A DNA stretch of 64,000 nucleotides from the human T2T-CHM13v2.0 reference genome, Homo sapiens. A program made the translations under genes and the position numbers. The stretch is from assembly GCF_009914755.1 (NCBI RefSeq), contig NC_060933.1. One strand, written 5' to 3'. Under the pieces are notes generated by a model. The model ran no database searches and had not been told where the DNA came from. It was given only the letters and a program-made list of their open reading frames with translations. Below, piece after piece: positions 52,402 through 64,000 of this stretch (the stretch's first letter is position 1; every line of letters starts with the position of its first letter).

Positions 52402-53014
52402 CATGATGGTTATTTTATTAACAGGCGTCAACTTGGCTGAATTAAAGGATGCCTAGATAGCCAATGAAACATTATTTCCAGGCATGCCCATGAGGGTGTT
52501 CCTGAGGGATACTGGCTGAGTGGAGATTGGCCCTCAGTGTGAGCAGCACCATCCAATTAGCTGGGGCCCCAGATAGAACAAACAGGAAGAGGAAAGGTGA
52601 ATTTGCCTGCTCTCTCTCTTTCTCCCTCTCTCTCTCTATCTCTCTCTGTCTCCCCCTTTCTCCCTCTCTCTCTTTCTTTGTCTCTCTCTCTCTCTCTGTC
52701 TCTCTTTCTCCCTCTCCCTCGCTTTCTCCCTCTCTCTGTACCCTGTCCTTGAACATCAGAACTCCAGGGTCTCTGGCTGTTGGCCTCTGGGGTTCGTACC
52801 ACAGGACCCCTGCGTACTCAGGCCTTTGGCCTCAGACTGAGAGTTACACCACCAGCTTCCCTGGTTCTCCAGCTTGCAGATAGCTTATTGTGGGACTTCT
52901 CAGCCTCCAAAATTACATAAGCAAGTTCCCTTAACAATTCCCGTCATGTGTCTGTCTATCTATATCTCTATCTATGTATACCCATATTCTGTGTCTCTAG
53001 AGAGCCCTAACACA
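52402..53014 (+). mobile_element. MLT2-type ERVL LTR with an internal (CT)n tract (52610-52738)
   Basis: TGATGGTTATTTT...GTCAACTTGGCTG start, CAGACTGAGAGTTACACCACCAGCTTCCCTGGTTCTCCAGC body, TCTCTAGAGAGCCCTAACACA end. Confidence 0.88.
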
Positions 53015-53119
53015 AAGATCATCATTAACAGCCTGCTGCTGACAGAAATAGTGGCAGCACCTGGCAGATGGAGTCCTGATGTTTAAAGCAGAAGAATTCA
53101 CCTTTTCCATAGATGATTC

Positions 53120-53815
53120 AGCTGCACACAGAACAGGAAATATGTGTCCGTACAAAAACCTGCACACAAGTGTTCATAGTAGTTTCACTTGTAGTAGCCA
53201 AAAACAGGAAGCATGCCAAAGGTCCATCAGCAGGTAAATGGATAAACTGTGGTGTATCAATACATTAGAATACTACTCAGCAATAAAATAACTAACTACT
53301 AATATATGCAACAACGTGGATGAATCTCAAAGCAATTCTGCTGAGTAAAAAGAGCCAAACAGAAAAAGCACATACTGGATGATCACATTTATATAAAACT
53401 CTAGAAAATGCAAACTAGTCCATAGAAAACCGTTTGGAAATTTCTTAAAAAGTTAAACATATACCTACCATATAACCCAGCCATTCCTCTCCTAAAATTA
53501 AAATATATGTTTACACAAAGATTTGTGTACAACTATTTATAGCAGCTCTATTTATAATAGCCAAAACCTGACAATAGCCCAAATGTCTATCCACAAGGGA
53601 ATAAACAATCTGTGGTCTATCCATACAATAGGATACCACTCAGCAATAAACAGGAATGAACACTTGATACACACAGCAATATAGATAAATATCAAAATAT
53701 TTACACTGAGTAAAAGAAACCAGACAAAAAGGAGTACTTACTGTATAATACCATTTATTTTAGATTCTAGAAAATACAAACTAATCTATAGTGACAGTTG
53801 ATCAGCATTTGCATG
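53120..53815 (+). mobile_element. Two consecutive old L1MB/ME 3' fragments
   Basis: Two homologous segments each containing CTCAGCAATAAA...CTGAGTAAAA...CTAGAAAAT. Confidence 0.7.
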
Positions 53816-55197
53816 AGTTACAATAGCACCTGTGTCTTGCTCCACCTGTAGATCCACGAGTTAAATAAATGTCATTGTTCTAAGCCAGTGCATTTTAGGA
53901 CGTTTTTTAGTCAGCTATAGCAGCTGGAACAGCTCCTTTCCTTCTTCCGCACCTCAATGGGGCCCACAGATGAAGTGCTGTAGCCAGGTCAGTCCTCCAC
54001 AAAACCATGAAAGCTAACACTTTAATACCCTTAGATCCCATCAAAGGGTATTTGAGGCTCCCAGGCTGCCCTAAGCTGCCTCAGTCACGCCTACCCACCC
54101 AGGATGCCTGGCCCTCACATCAAAATCCTTTCCCAACGCTCTCTTCCCCACCACTACTTACTGTGTCACTGCACCTTCCCTCCACATTCACCTTTCTGTG
54201 TTCCTTTTGACCTGTGGCCACTCCTCCAGAGGTGGAAGCCCAGGAGTTCTGTGGCTCATAGTTTAAAGTGTAAGTTTACTTCAGCTCAAGAATTTGGGTA
54301 CATTTTAAATGGAGCTTTTTGGAAACAAACACCTTATCCCAGAAATGAATTAGAGCTGGGAAATTCTGGAAAAGAAGGAGACTTCTAAGCCCTTTCCTCC
54401 TGCCTTTGATTGAACCACCTGGTCTCAATAGCAATAACCAGACAGCAAAATAGCTGCTTCTATACTTTACATTTTATGATTCCAGCTGTTTTGAATTAGA
54501 AAGTTGCACCATTATTGTTGCCCAAATACGTGCAGATTGCTCTGGTTGATTAAGCATCAATGGGTTTATAAAATAACTGAAAACAGTACAACAGCCAAGT
54601 AGCAATTTCACCATCCACAAACTCAGCTTTAAGCAGCTAAGTTTTTTGACAGTAATAGAATTGGTGCAGTAATTTTTCTCATGGCCTAATGGAGTTCATG
54701 TAGATCTTAAGAGATGACTTTCATAAGGAAAGAATGTGGCTAAAGGCACACGGTACCCATTGAGTTCTTTGTAGTTTCTTGATACACTATCATTACCACA
54801 GCCTTCTCTATAAAACATTCCATGGGCTTTTTGACTGAGCCTCTGCCACTGAGCTTAGAACTTTAAAATAAGTGTTGCCGTGGAAGCAACAAATAACCTA
54901 CTACCAGAGTGAAAATGGAAAAGTTAAATTGCCTACAACTGTTAGTGTTTCAGGACTTTCTGCACCTTTTTTTTAAATTCATTTTTGCCAAGAATATAAG
55001 ACCCTTTCACATATCTCTGACTACACTGGTTGCCATGGTTTTCTAGCTTTTGCTACTTCTGGAAATAAACAACCCATTAGATTTGTGTCATGGTTAATTT
55101 GTCCCTTTGCACAACACAGAGGTGATTTGTAGCCTGAAAATCAGCACAAGTTATCCTAAGTCCCCCATGGTGAAAAGCTGGCACCAGGACGTTTTAA

Positions 55198-55198
55198 C

Positions 55199-55231
<33 letters not shown>

Positions 55232-55268
55232 ATACATATATATATAATATGTTATATTATATATTATA
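55198..55268. repeat. (TA)n(TG)n compound microsatellite
   Basis: Seen directly. Confidence 0.9.
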
Positions 55269-55954
55269 ACATGAATACTAGTTAAGAAGCTGACTTCATG
55301 AAAAGATAGGTATTATTTCTAATTAGTATGTCAATTGTACATGCTTCTGGAATTGCTAAATACAGTTTATTAATCCTTCATATATTTCCAATATTATCTG
55401 TGTATGAGTCCCTTTTGTCACAGAGAATGTAAAAATAAAAATTCCCCTAAATTGTTCCCAAATACCACAAATTCCAAAGTGATAGACCCCAGATGACTGA
55501 GGATTTTGAAAACCCACTTGAAAGTGGCAAAATTATCCAGGTGTTCTCTTTGGAGGCATATCAATTCTTTCAAGTCACTGAGAACCAGTCTAAAACCTGG
55601 AAGGTGTGAGTCTCCCCAAATACCTCAGGCCTACCCCAGTTTAACCTCTAACATCAGCCTCACCCAGTCCAGGGCCCAAAGAGAACCCAATCTGAAAGAA
55701 TATAAATAGCTTCATAACCACTTGCAAAAAAGGAAGTTGGGAAACAGTTTATAATCTCCCAAAGGGCTGGGTCCTATTTTCTATCTAAATTATCTAAGAA
55801 ACTTCTGAATAAAGGCTCTATTCCCTTTTGGTGTCATGGAGAACTGCTGCACAAAAATCTTCATGCTGGGACCTTCTCATCCACACACCCCACTCCCAGC
55901 CCACCCCACCACCACCACCACCACCATCACCATCTTTAACTCACGTGTACCCCT

Positions 55955-56075
55955 GCAGAGGGCAGAGGTTCTGCTTATTCATCTTTGTATCATCAGCACC
56001 TACCACAGAGCCTGGGCATACAAAACTTTCAAGTGTGTTGAAATAAATGGAATTTTTTAATGTGTTGAATGAATC
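55955..56075 (+). mobile_element. L2 3' end remnant
   Basis: GAGGGCAGAG...TTATTCATCTTTGTATCATCAGCACCTACCACAGAGCCTGG...TGAATGAAT. Confidence 0.7.
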
Positions 56076-56185
56076 GTAACTATATACCATCCTTAGTTTG
56101 CCTGTGACTAGTAATCATAAAGAGAAGTTTAAAAGGTCTAATTAGGTTAGGAGCAAAGGAGTTATTTTAAACTTTTTGAGTTCTA

Positions 56186-56738
<553 letters not shown>

Positions 56739-57359
56739 CTAGCAAAAAACAGAGGAAAAAGAGGAGTATGAAAATTCACTTTTACTAAAGGATATGCATG
56801 GGCCTGCAATCAGAACAACTTGAATGTAGCTAAGGAAAGATATTTGAGGGAATAGGTCAATGTGCTCAGCCCAGGCTAAGCCTAGTCAGTCTGATGGAAA
56901 AAGGGAGAGAATTTGCAAGGAGTGTCGTCAAGAAGCAGAACCTTCAGAAAGGTCACCTGCACCTAGGCCACGGGCCAATCCAGGTAGCCCTGAAGGGTTA
57001 AGACCACACATTAAGATTAGCTGCCTTCCCTGTTGGCTTCAGGACATAGACTTTATTTCCAATGTGCCCTGAATTAGTTTATTCTTTGAGTCAACATTCA
57101 ACAGGCCCATGTGCAAAACCACTACCTGAGAGATGCAAGGAAAACTAAGGACTTCCAGAGCCTGCAGAGATCCTCTGGAGATGCACACAAGTAGCAACAA
57201 CACAAAGTCCAATGGGGAGGCGTCGTAAGAGGGAGAAAAATGAAGTTCTACTTGATAAGAGACCTATTAATAACTATCTTCTAACTTGATTTTTATAATT
57301 CATAAGTGCATTGTCACTTATGACTTTCTAAATAGATATGCACAGTAGAAGGGGATTAT

Positions 57360-57700
57360 GGGGTGTTGCTCAGGCTGGTCCCCCTACTTGGAACACGAGT
57401 CTCTCCTTTCTCTTTGTTACCTTCACGTTATCTTCAGGTCTTGATTCACAAGTCAGTTTCTCCAGAATATCTTCCTTGATCCTGTCAAGGACCCTGCTAC
57501 GTGCTCTACGTGGGACTTTCCTTAGCAGAGCACTTACTACATTGTATCCTAATTGTTTGCTTAATTTTCTGTCCCTATAATTAGATTAAATTCCATGAAA
57601 GCAGAACTGCACTTGGCTGGGTCACCTGAATCTCTGCTCCAGGTTTGGTGCATAGCAGGCACACAGAATGTTTTATGTGGATTTATCAATCAATTAACTC
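57360..57700 (+). mobile_element. L2 3' remnant
   Basis: TTGCTCAGGCTGGTCCCCCTACTTGGAA...TTCCATGAAAGCAGAA...GCATAGCAGGCAC. Confidence 0.65.
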
Positions 57701-59669
57701 ATGACACATTTAAAGGGCCTCAGCAACAGTCAAGATGGAATAACATTGAGTGGCCATACTGCTCATCAATCTAATTGAACATGAAAACAGATTAATTCAA
57801 ATTTCCCACACCAAATATATAACTCAATGCAAAAGGCCCTGTCCCTCACATATCCAAAGGGGTTCACTGGTAAGGGCAATAAGTCATAGAAGAAATGTAA
57901 GTAGAAAGATCATTTGAAACCCCAAATTATTAAACATTTTTTTATTCCTACTTTTAGTTTCTTCACCACAATACCTTTTAACAGAGTCACTAACAAAAAA
58001 GGAGGGGAAATCACGCACCGACTTTCCTCTCCTCCCTCATCTGCCTTCTGCCTTCTGGAAGCCTTCAGATGAGCTGGCAATAGCCAGAAGAATGAAGAAT
58101 AAAGGGTGTGAATAACCCCTGCGCTTTAGCTTTCAGTTTCACTTTCTGACAAAGGATCAGAGTCTTGCCCAAGGCTGGAACAACCTGGGGAGCCTGCATT
58201 CAAGCTCTGTATTCAGGAAATAGTCAGCATTCTGCATCCCAGTCCTGGAGGCCCCCTGCTCAGGAAGCTTCCTCCCACAGGCTGCCTCTCCACCTAAGAA
58301 CCGGGATACCTGGGACATTAGGTCCAACATCCATCGGCATCACAGGTATTGTCCACACTTGGACAGCCACTGAACATGCCTCTGAGTAGCAGTGTTACCA
58401 CTGAGGGCGGTGGGGTGGAGGGGAAGAAAACCAGTGCTGCACTTTTCAATGGAAATGCTCTCGTTTGATCTCTCGTATCAGTGAAGGTTGCTTTTTCTGC
58501 AAACCTGTCACTGCATGTGATGCCTCTATTACATACACAGCCTCTGGCAACATGGACAAGGCTAAATCCCTGCCCCAAATCTAAATGTGCCAAAGCAGAT
58601 CAAAATATGAGGTAGTGCTTAAGTTGATATGGACAGCAATTCACAGGCACTGACATCTAAGTTCTTTCTTTGTTTCTGTCAATTTCCAACCGGACTGCGG
58701 CAACCTAACTGGATACCCCATCACTACCCTCCTCCTTCTCAAACCCCATCTTCATTCCTGCTCCTTAAAACCATTATCACCACCAGAAACTACCCAGATC
58801 CCAGTACATCCTACAATGCTGATCATTGGATTCTAGCAGAGAGGCAATGGAAACACAACATGACATTTCCTGTTTCCAAACAGAGCCCAGGGAAAGCACC
58901 GCTCCACTGATAAATGCTTGCTTTCAGGCACTCCCAGCTACCCGCAGGTGGTTCATATGCATACCCAGTTGGAGAGGGACTCTTTCCAGTCTAGACCAGC
59001 TGCTCCACTAAGCCAGCCTCTGGTTGCCTCAGCTAAAAAATGCATCATCATTTTTACGACGATGCCCACAGATTAATAAACCATATGCAAAAAGACGGCC
59101 ATCCAAATAATTAAGCTTCCTATTGCAGATATTGTAAAGTCATGACAGATCCAGGTGTGCCTGAAATTCTGGCTCCTTTATTCAGCACACTTACGAGCAG
59201 ATAAAGTCTTTTGTTATAAACGTCAGGTGCCTTCTTAAAGCATAGTGACAAACCAGGATAAAATAACTTCCTTTGGCCTTTCACCCAGAATGCAAGCACT
59301 CCTCTCTGGGCAGGAAGGCACCAGTAGGATGACTATCAAAGCCCCCACCTAGAATAAATCTACATTTACAGAGGGGTGAGAACAATAACTGATGTTGAAT
59401 CTTGTTGCATCTACATTTTGGGAGGTTTGGGAAAGAGGACAGAAGATAGACCTTGCTGGGACTGACTCTTTCAGCTTTTTAAAGAATAATGTGTTTCTTA
59501 CTACAAAATTGGCTTATGCTCACTGTCGAAATACAGACAAGCATAGGAAAAAAAATAAAGTAGTGCTGATTCACTTTCCCAAAGTAATCACTGTTAAGAT
59601 TTTAGTGCAATTCCTCCTTTCCCAATGCGTGCGTGTTGTGTGTTTTAGATTATGAGAATGAATTTGTAA

Positions 59670-60013
<344 letters not shown>

Positions 60014-60054
60014 ATTTTGTACATTTTTTAAAGATAACACGTGTGGGTGCAAAA

Positions 60055-60195
60055 AAATAAAGCTAACATTTATTGAGCCAGCAACCTTGCTGTATTATCT
60101 CTCTTACTCTTCACAATACCTCTCTGAGTTAGATACTATTAGATTTCACCATATTATAAGTGAGGAAACAAAGACATAAGATCAGCTAAATGATG
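60055..60195 (-). mobile_element. MIR remnant
   Basis: AGCTAACATTTATTGAG...TCTTCACAATACC...TGAGGAAAC. Confidence 0.6.
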
Positions 60196-61367
60196 CCTCT
60201 CTTCTGCTTCTTCTCTTTTCCTTCTCCCCTACACCATCCTCCTACCAAGCAGAAAAAACACAGCTCTAGAGTAACCTTCTCAGATCTCCACAAACCAGGC
60301 TCACTGTGGCCCTGTGAAAACAGTCCCCAGGCAGCTCAGGACCAGCTCTTCAGAACAGAGCAAATGTGCCCATACTGCAGCCTTCGGGTTCCCAGAAACA
60401 GCTCCACTTTGCTACCCTGCTACACCCAGTGCTGGGCCTGGACTAGTTTTCTATTAATGTGGAAGACACAGCACCGTTTTCTATGCGGTGCTTACCATGC
60501 ATCATTTTTAAGTAATGGTACATGACTACTATCTTTGTCTTGCTAAGACAAAAAAATCACATTCACCGTATCATCTCTTTATTTGGAGGTGTTTAATTTT
60601 GTTCTTTCCTGCCCTCTGTCTCTTGTCTGAAATTATTTTTCTCCCATTTCTCGTCTTTCTCATTCTATCTTCATTTCTGCTTCTCTTTGTGAGACACTGT
60701 TTGTTCTCCCTTCTTCTTTGGTTCTCTTCGTTCACTGCACCTCTTTCCCATCTCACCCTATTCCTCCCCACCCTCCCGCAAACCAATGAATGCTTTCTCA
60801 GCTTCATTTTCTGTAGACATCACCCTGCTGTCATAGGTCCTCTGCTTTTTCCCTTGGTCTAACATACTCATTTAAAGTCACTCCTGGTATATGGAGGAGC
60901 CAATGACACCATTAACTGACAAATCTCTACTCCATATAATGAAGGATGATAGAAAATTATCCCATCTGGAAGAAACTGCCAGCTATTGCCATACCTAATC
61001 ACGCATTCCCTTGGCCAGGTGAAAGTCATCTCCCTGACTTTCAATCTGCATCCTTCCTTGATGACTTCCAGCTCTCATCTGTTCCCAATGCTGCCAAAAC
61101 CAATGTGATATTGTTGGGTTAAAACGCCTTTCCTAGAGCCCCTCTGTTAGCTTGTTGCTTCACAACTTGGATTATACCCCACAAATGCAAATACAAGTAA
61201 TATGTGCAAAAACATTACAGTTATTCTACAGGTACCATCTGGAGTCAGCTCTGCTTAGCTTTCTGACAAAGATCAAGATACTCCTAAGACATTTCACTGC
61301 AGGCCAATCTGCTATGCCTAGAAACCAGGCTGCCTTATTTCACTTGTCACCAATAACTGAGGTTTTG

Positions 61368-61463
61368 CCAGGAAGCAGAGGTTGCAGTGAGCCGAGATCA
61401 TGCCATTGCACTCCAGCCTGGGCACAAACAGCAAAACTCCATCTCAAAATAAGCAAATAAATA
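61368..61463 (+). mobile_element. 5'-truncated Alu (3' ~95 bp)
   Basis: CCAGGAAGCAGAGGTTGCAGTGAGCCGAGATC...; perfect 14-bp TSD AATAACTGAGGTTT (61352-61365 / 61464-61477). Confidence 0.92.
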
Positions 61464-64000
61464 AATAACTGAGGTTTAGAACTGAGGGCATTGCCAGCAT
61501 TTTAGAGAGTGAGATGGGGTGGTCTGAAATGCAATTCCTTTTGCTTTCTGGGCTGACTCTCCAGCAAGACTTTAGGGAGCACTTGCTTTTCAGTGTGATT
61601 ATATTGTCAGTGTCTCCAACTTCAGCTGTCTCTCCCCTGGCCCCCAATTTTCACACAGAAATGCTCACACACACAAACACACATTCATGCATATGCACAC
61701 ACATAAAAAATGTAGGCCCAGGATTCCAAAGATTTTCCAAATGTATTCACGGATAGAAACAAAGCACTGTTTATAATGGGTCTTTAAAAAAAAATTGCCA
61801 CAATAGAAAATAAAGAAGAGAAGAGAAGGGAGGACTGAAAAGCCCCCATGAGACCAGTCTTCACATGCTTGCTGCTTTAGGGTTCTGAGTTGTTGGCAGC
61901 ATCGCCGGAAAATGATGAATGATCCAAGATTACGTGTTGTGGCTACCCACGGAATTTGCTCTCTAGAAGTATATCCAATCCTGGCCTGTTTTCTGATGGT
62001 AACTTTGGGCAGGACAGTGTTGCAATGGGCCATGCGGGTCCCATTTGAATAATATAAGATCAAAATCGTGTTGTTGCTTTATCTCAACATACAGTCTCTA
62101 AGTTGAGGCTAAATGATAGTGGCACAACTCTGCTTTGCACTGAGCTAGGAAAGAATTTTGCATGATTTTCTCAAGGATGATAGAAAAGTGCAAAATATGT
62201 CAGGATACAAATACCTCACCTAAGACTGGGTGCACAGGGTTAAGACAGAGTCTATGGAGAAATCAGAAAAATAATTGATTTGGGAAAATCTCAAGCAGGT
62301 AGGAGTAAAAATCACAAGCAAAGTTTTTATATAGCTATTGCCAGCTATAGAAATAGGTGAACTATAAATTCTTCTGAATGTAGGTTTCCTAAGACAGCAG
62401 AGATAAAAATATTTCTAAAAATCCTTATACAGAGAAAGTCACTCAAATGAATACTTCTTAAGGGAGTCGATGCATTCAGAGGAAGCATTTGCTGACTAAA
62501 AGCCACATAATACACAGAGGTTGCATCCTGACAGGATACTTCTTAAGAGAATCCATTTGCGGCTCCAATATTCGGGGTCAGTAATTTCTCAGAGAAAGGT
62601 TAATGGAAACAAAACAGAATTCAGCGCACATTTTCTCAACCAGTGTGCAGAAATATAGGCAAAAATACACCCTTAGCATATCCTCAGGCTATAAAATGCA
62701 AAATTACTGCAACATTCTTTTTGATAGAGTTTGCAATCAATGCAATGGAGAACAAAGGGAGGTTAGATGGTGTGGGTGTGGGGAAGGTGCACATTTGTGT
62801 GTGTGGTTGGGCAGATGAACTCAATGACCTCTGCCACTTCCAGCCTGAATTTGCAATGATTCCATGTTTGAAGGCAAAGAATATGGATGTGAATAAACCA
62901 AGTGGTGGCTGGATAGAGCTGGAGAAATGTTCTCAGATAAACCTCCAGCCCCAGAAGCGGCTGTGAGAAATTTACACGTGTGTCACTGACTCACTAGAAT
63001 TAGAGAAAATTGATCAAGAATGAAGCCATAAAATGTGATGGCTGTGGTCAGACCTTCCTTCTTGTAAAGAGAGGGAAACTCGATCTGGGCAGCAGTATTC
63101 TAGAAAGGTTGAGACAGTGGGAGCCTGGTTTGGGTTTCAGGGTCTAGGGCAGCCATGTTCTCTGGAACATCAGAGACAGTGAGGATCCCAACAAAGCATG
63201 CAAAGGACTAAGCAAGAAAAGATGACAAGAGAGAGCCTAAATTCACCAAGACAAAGGAGCCGTGGAGGTCTGGAACAGGAGGAAGGAGTGAACATGAGGC
63301 TGAAGAGAATCCTACTAGAGGGGGATGGCAAGGTGAGCCCAGTTTAAATGACTCGAAAAATACACCATGTACGTAAGAGACCACACAGATATCCAAGAGT
63401 AGCCAGAGGAGGTATCATGTGTCCTTCATCCAAGGGTAGTAGGTGGTTCAGGCTGGTCATGGACGGCTTTCGTCAAGGCTTCACAACCTGCAAAGCTCAG
63501 GCTAAGTGTTCTGCATGCAACATGTTATTTAATCTTCACAGCAACCTTCCATCTTTATCAAATCCTCAGTTAGAAAAATAGTATTTATGGAGAATTGATG
63601 GGTTCTAAATTGTATCCTTCAATTAAATTAGACAATCAGAAAGCTACACTCCAAGAAAGTGTTTTGGGACGCATAATGCTCACTCTGCCCCCTCCATCTT
63701 AAACTCTTCTGACAGAATAGCATTGCGGTGTTACCTATCAGCTGCTGTAGGAAGCAGTCATGTGAAAAGTATCATTGGGTGTAATGTAAGGAAATTACTT
63801 ATCACCTTACACAATATCTCCTTCATAAGTTCCTAAAGGATATAATTCCTAGTCTTCATACTATATGGTACCTTTCCTAACACCTGGCTTGTTTTTCTGT
63901 TATGGACATTGGGTTATGCAACTGGTCCTGTTTCTCTATTTGCATTGACTGCTGGGAAGCTCCAGGCCAGATTTGTACCCCAACTTCATCCCATTCTTTT

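Noticed and set aside
52472-52883. ER-rich and SL-rich ORFs
   Set aside because: Translations of the (CT)n tract inside the MLT2 LTR.

Overview
Primate (human-like) repeat-dense genomic DNA with no intact protein-coding gene that I can support. Most of the window is transposon-derived: several old and fragmented LINE-1s, AluY/AluS/monomer SINEs, ERV1/ERVL/MaLR LTRs, a near full-length Tigger1, an HSMAR2 mariner, MER DNA transposons, and MIR/L2 remnants. Two host-gene retrocopies are clear: a full-length processed SLC25A5 (ANT2) pseudogene (46668-47908, minus) and a 3'-truncated 5S rRNA pseudogene with a 16-bp TSD inside HSMAR2 (7276-7358). Nearly all ORFs in the track are transposon remnants or chance ORFs. 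I found no convincing new biological system. The best second-look items are DNA repair or template-switch scars (a perfect 23-bp-arm palindrome, a ~70-bp locally templated insertion, a tail-less L1 patch, an Alu-tail-bridged L1 deletion) and weak splice-signal-bounded candidate exons. Repeat subfamily names come from my recall of consensus sequences, not from a search. Boundaries are approximate unless a TSD is given.
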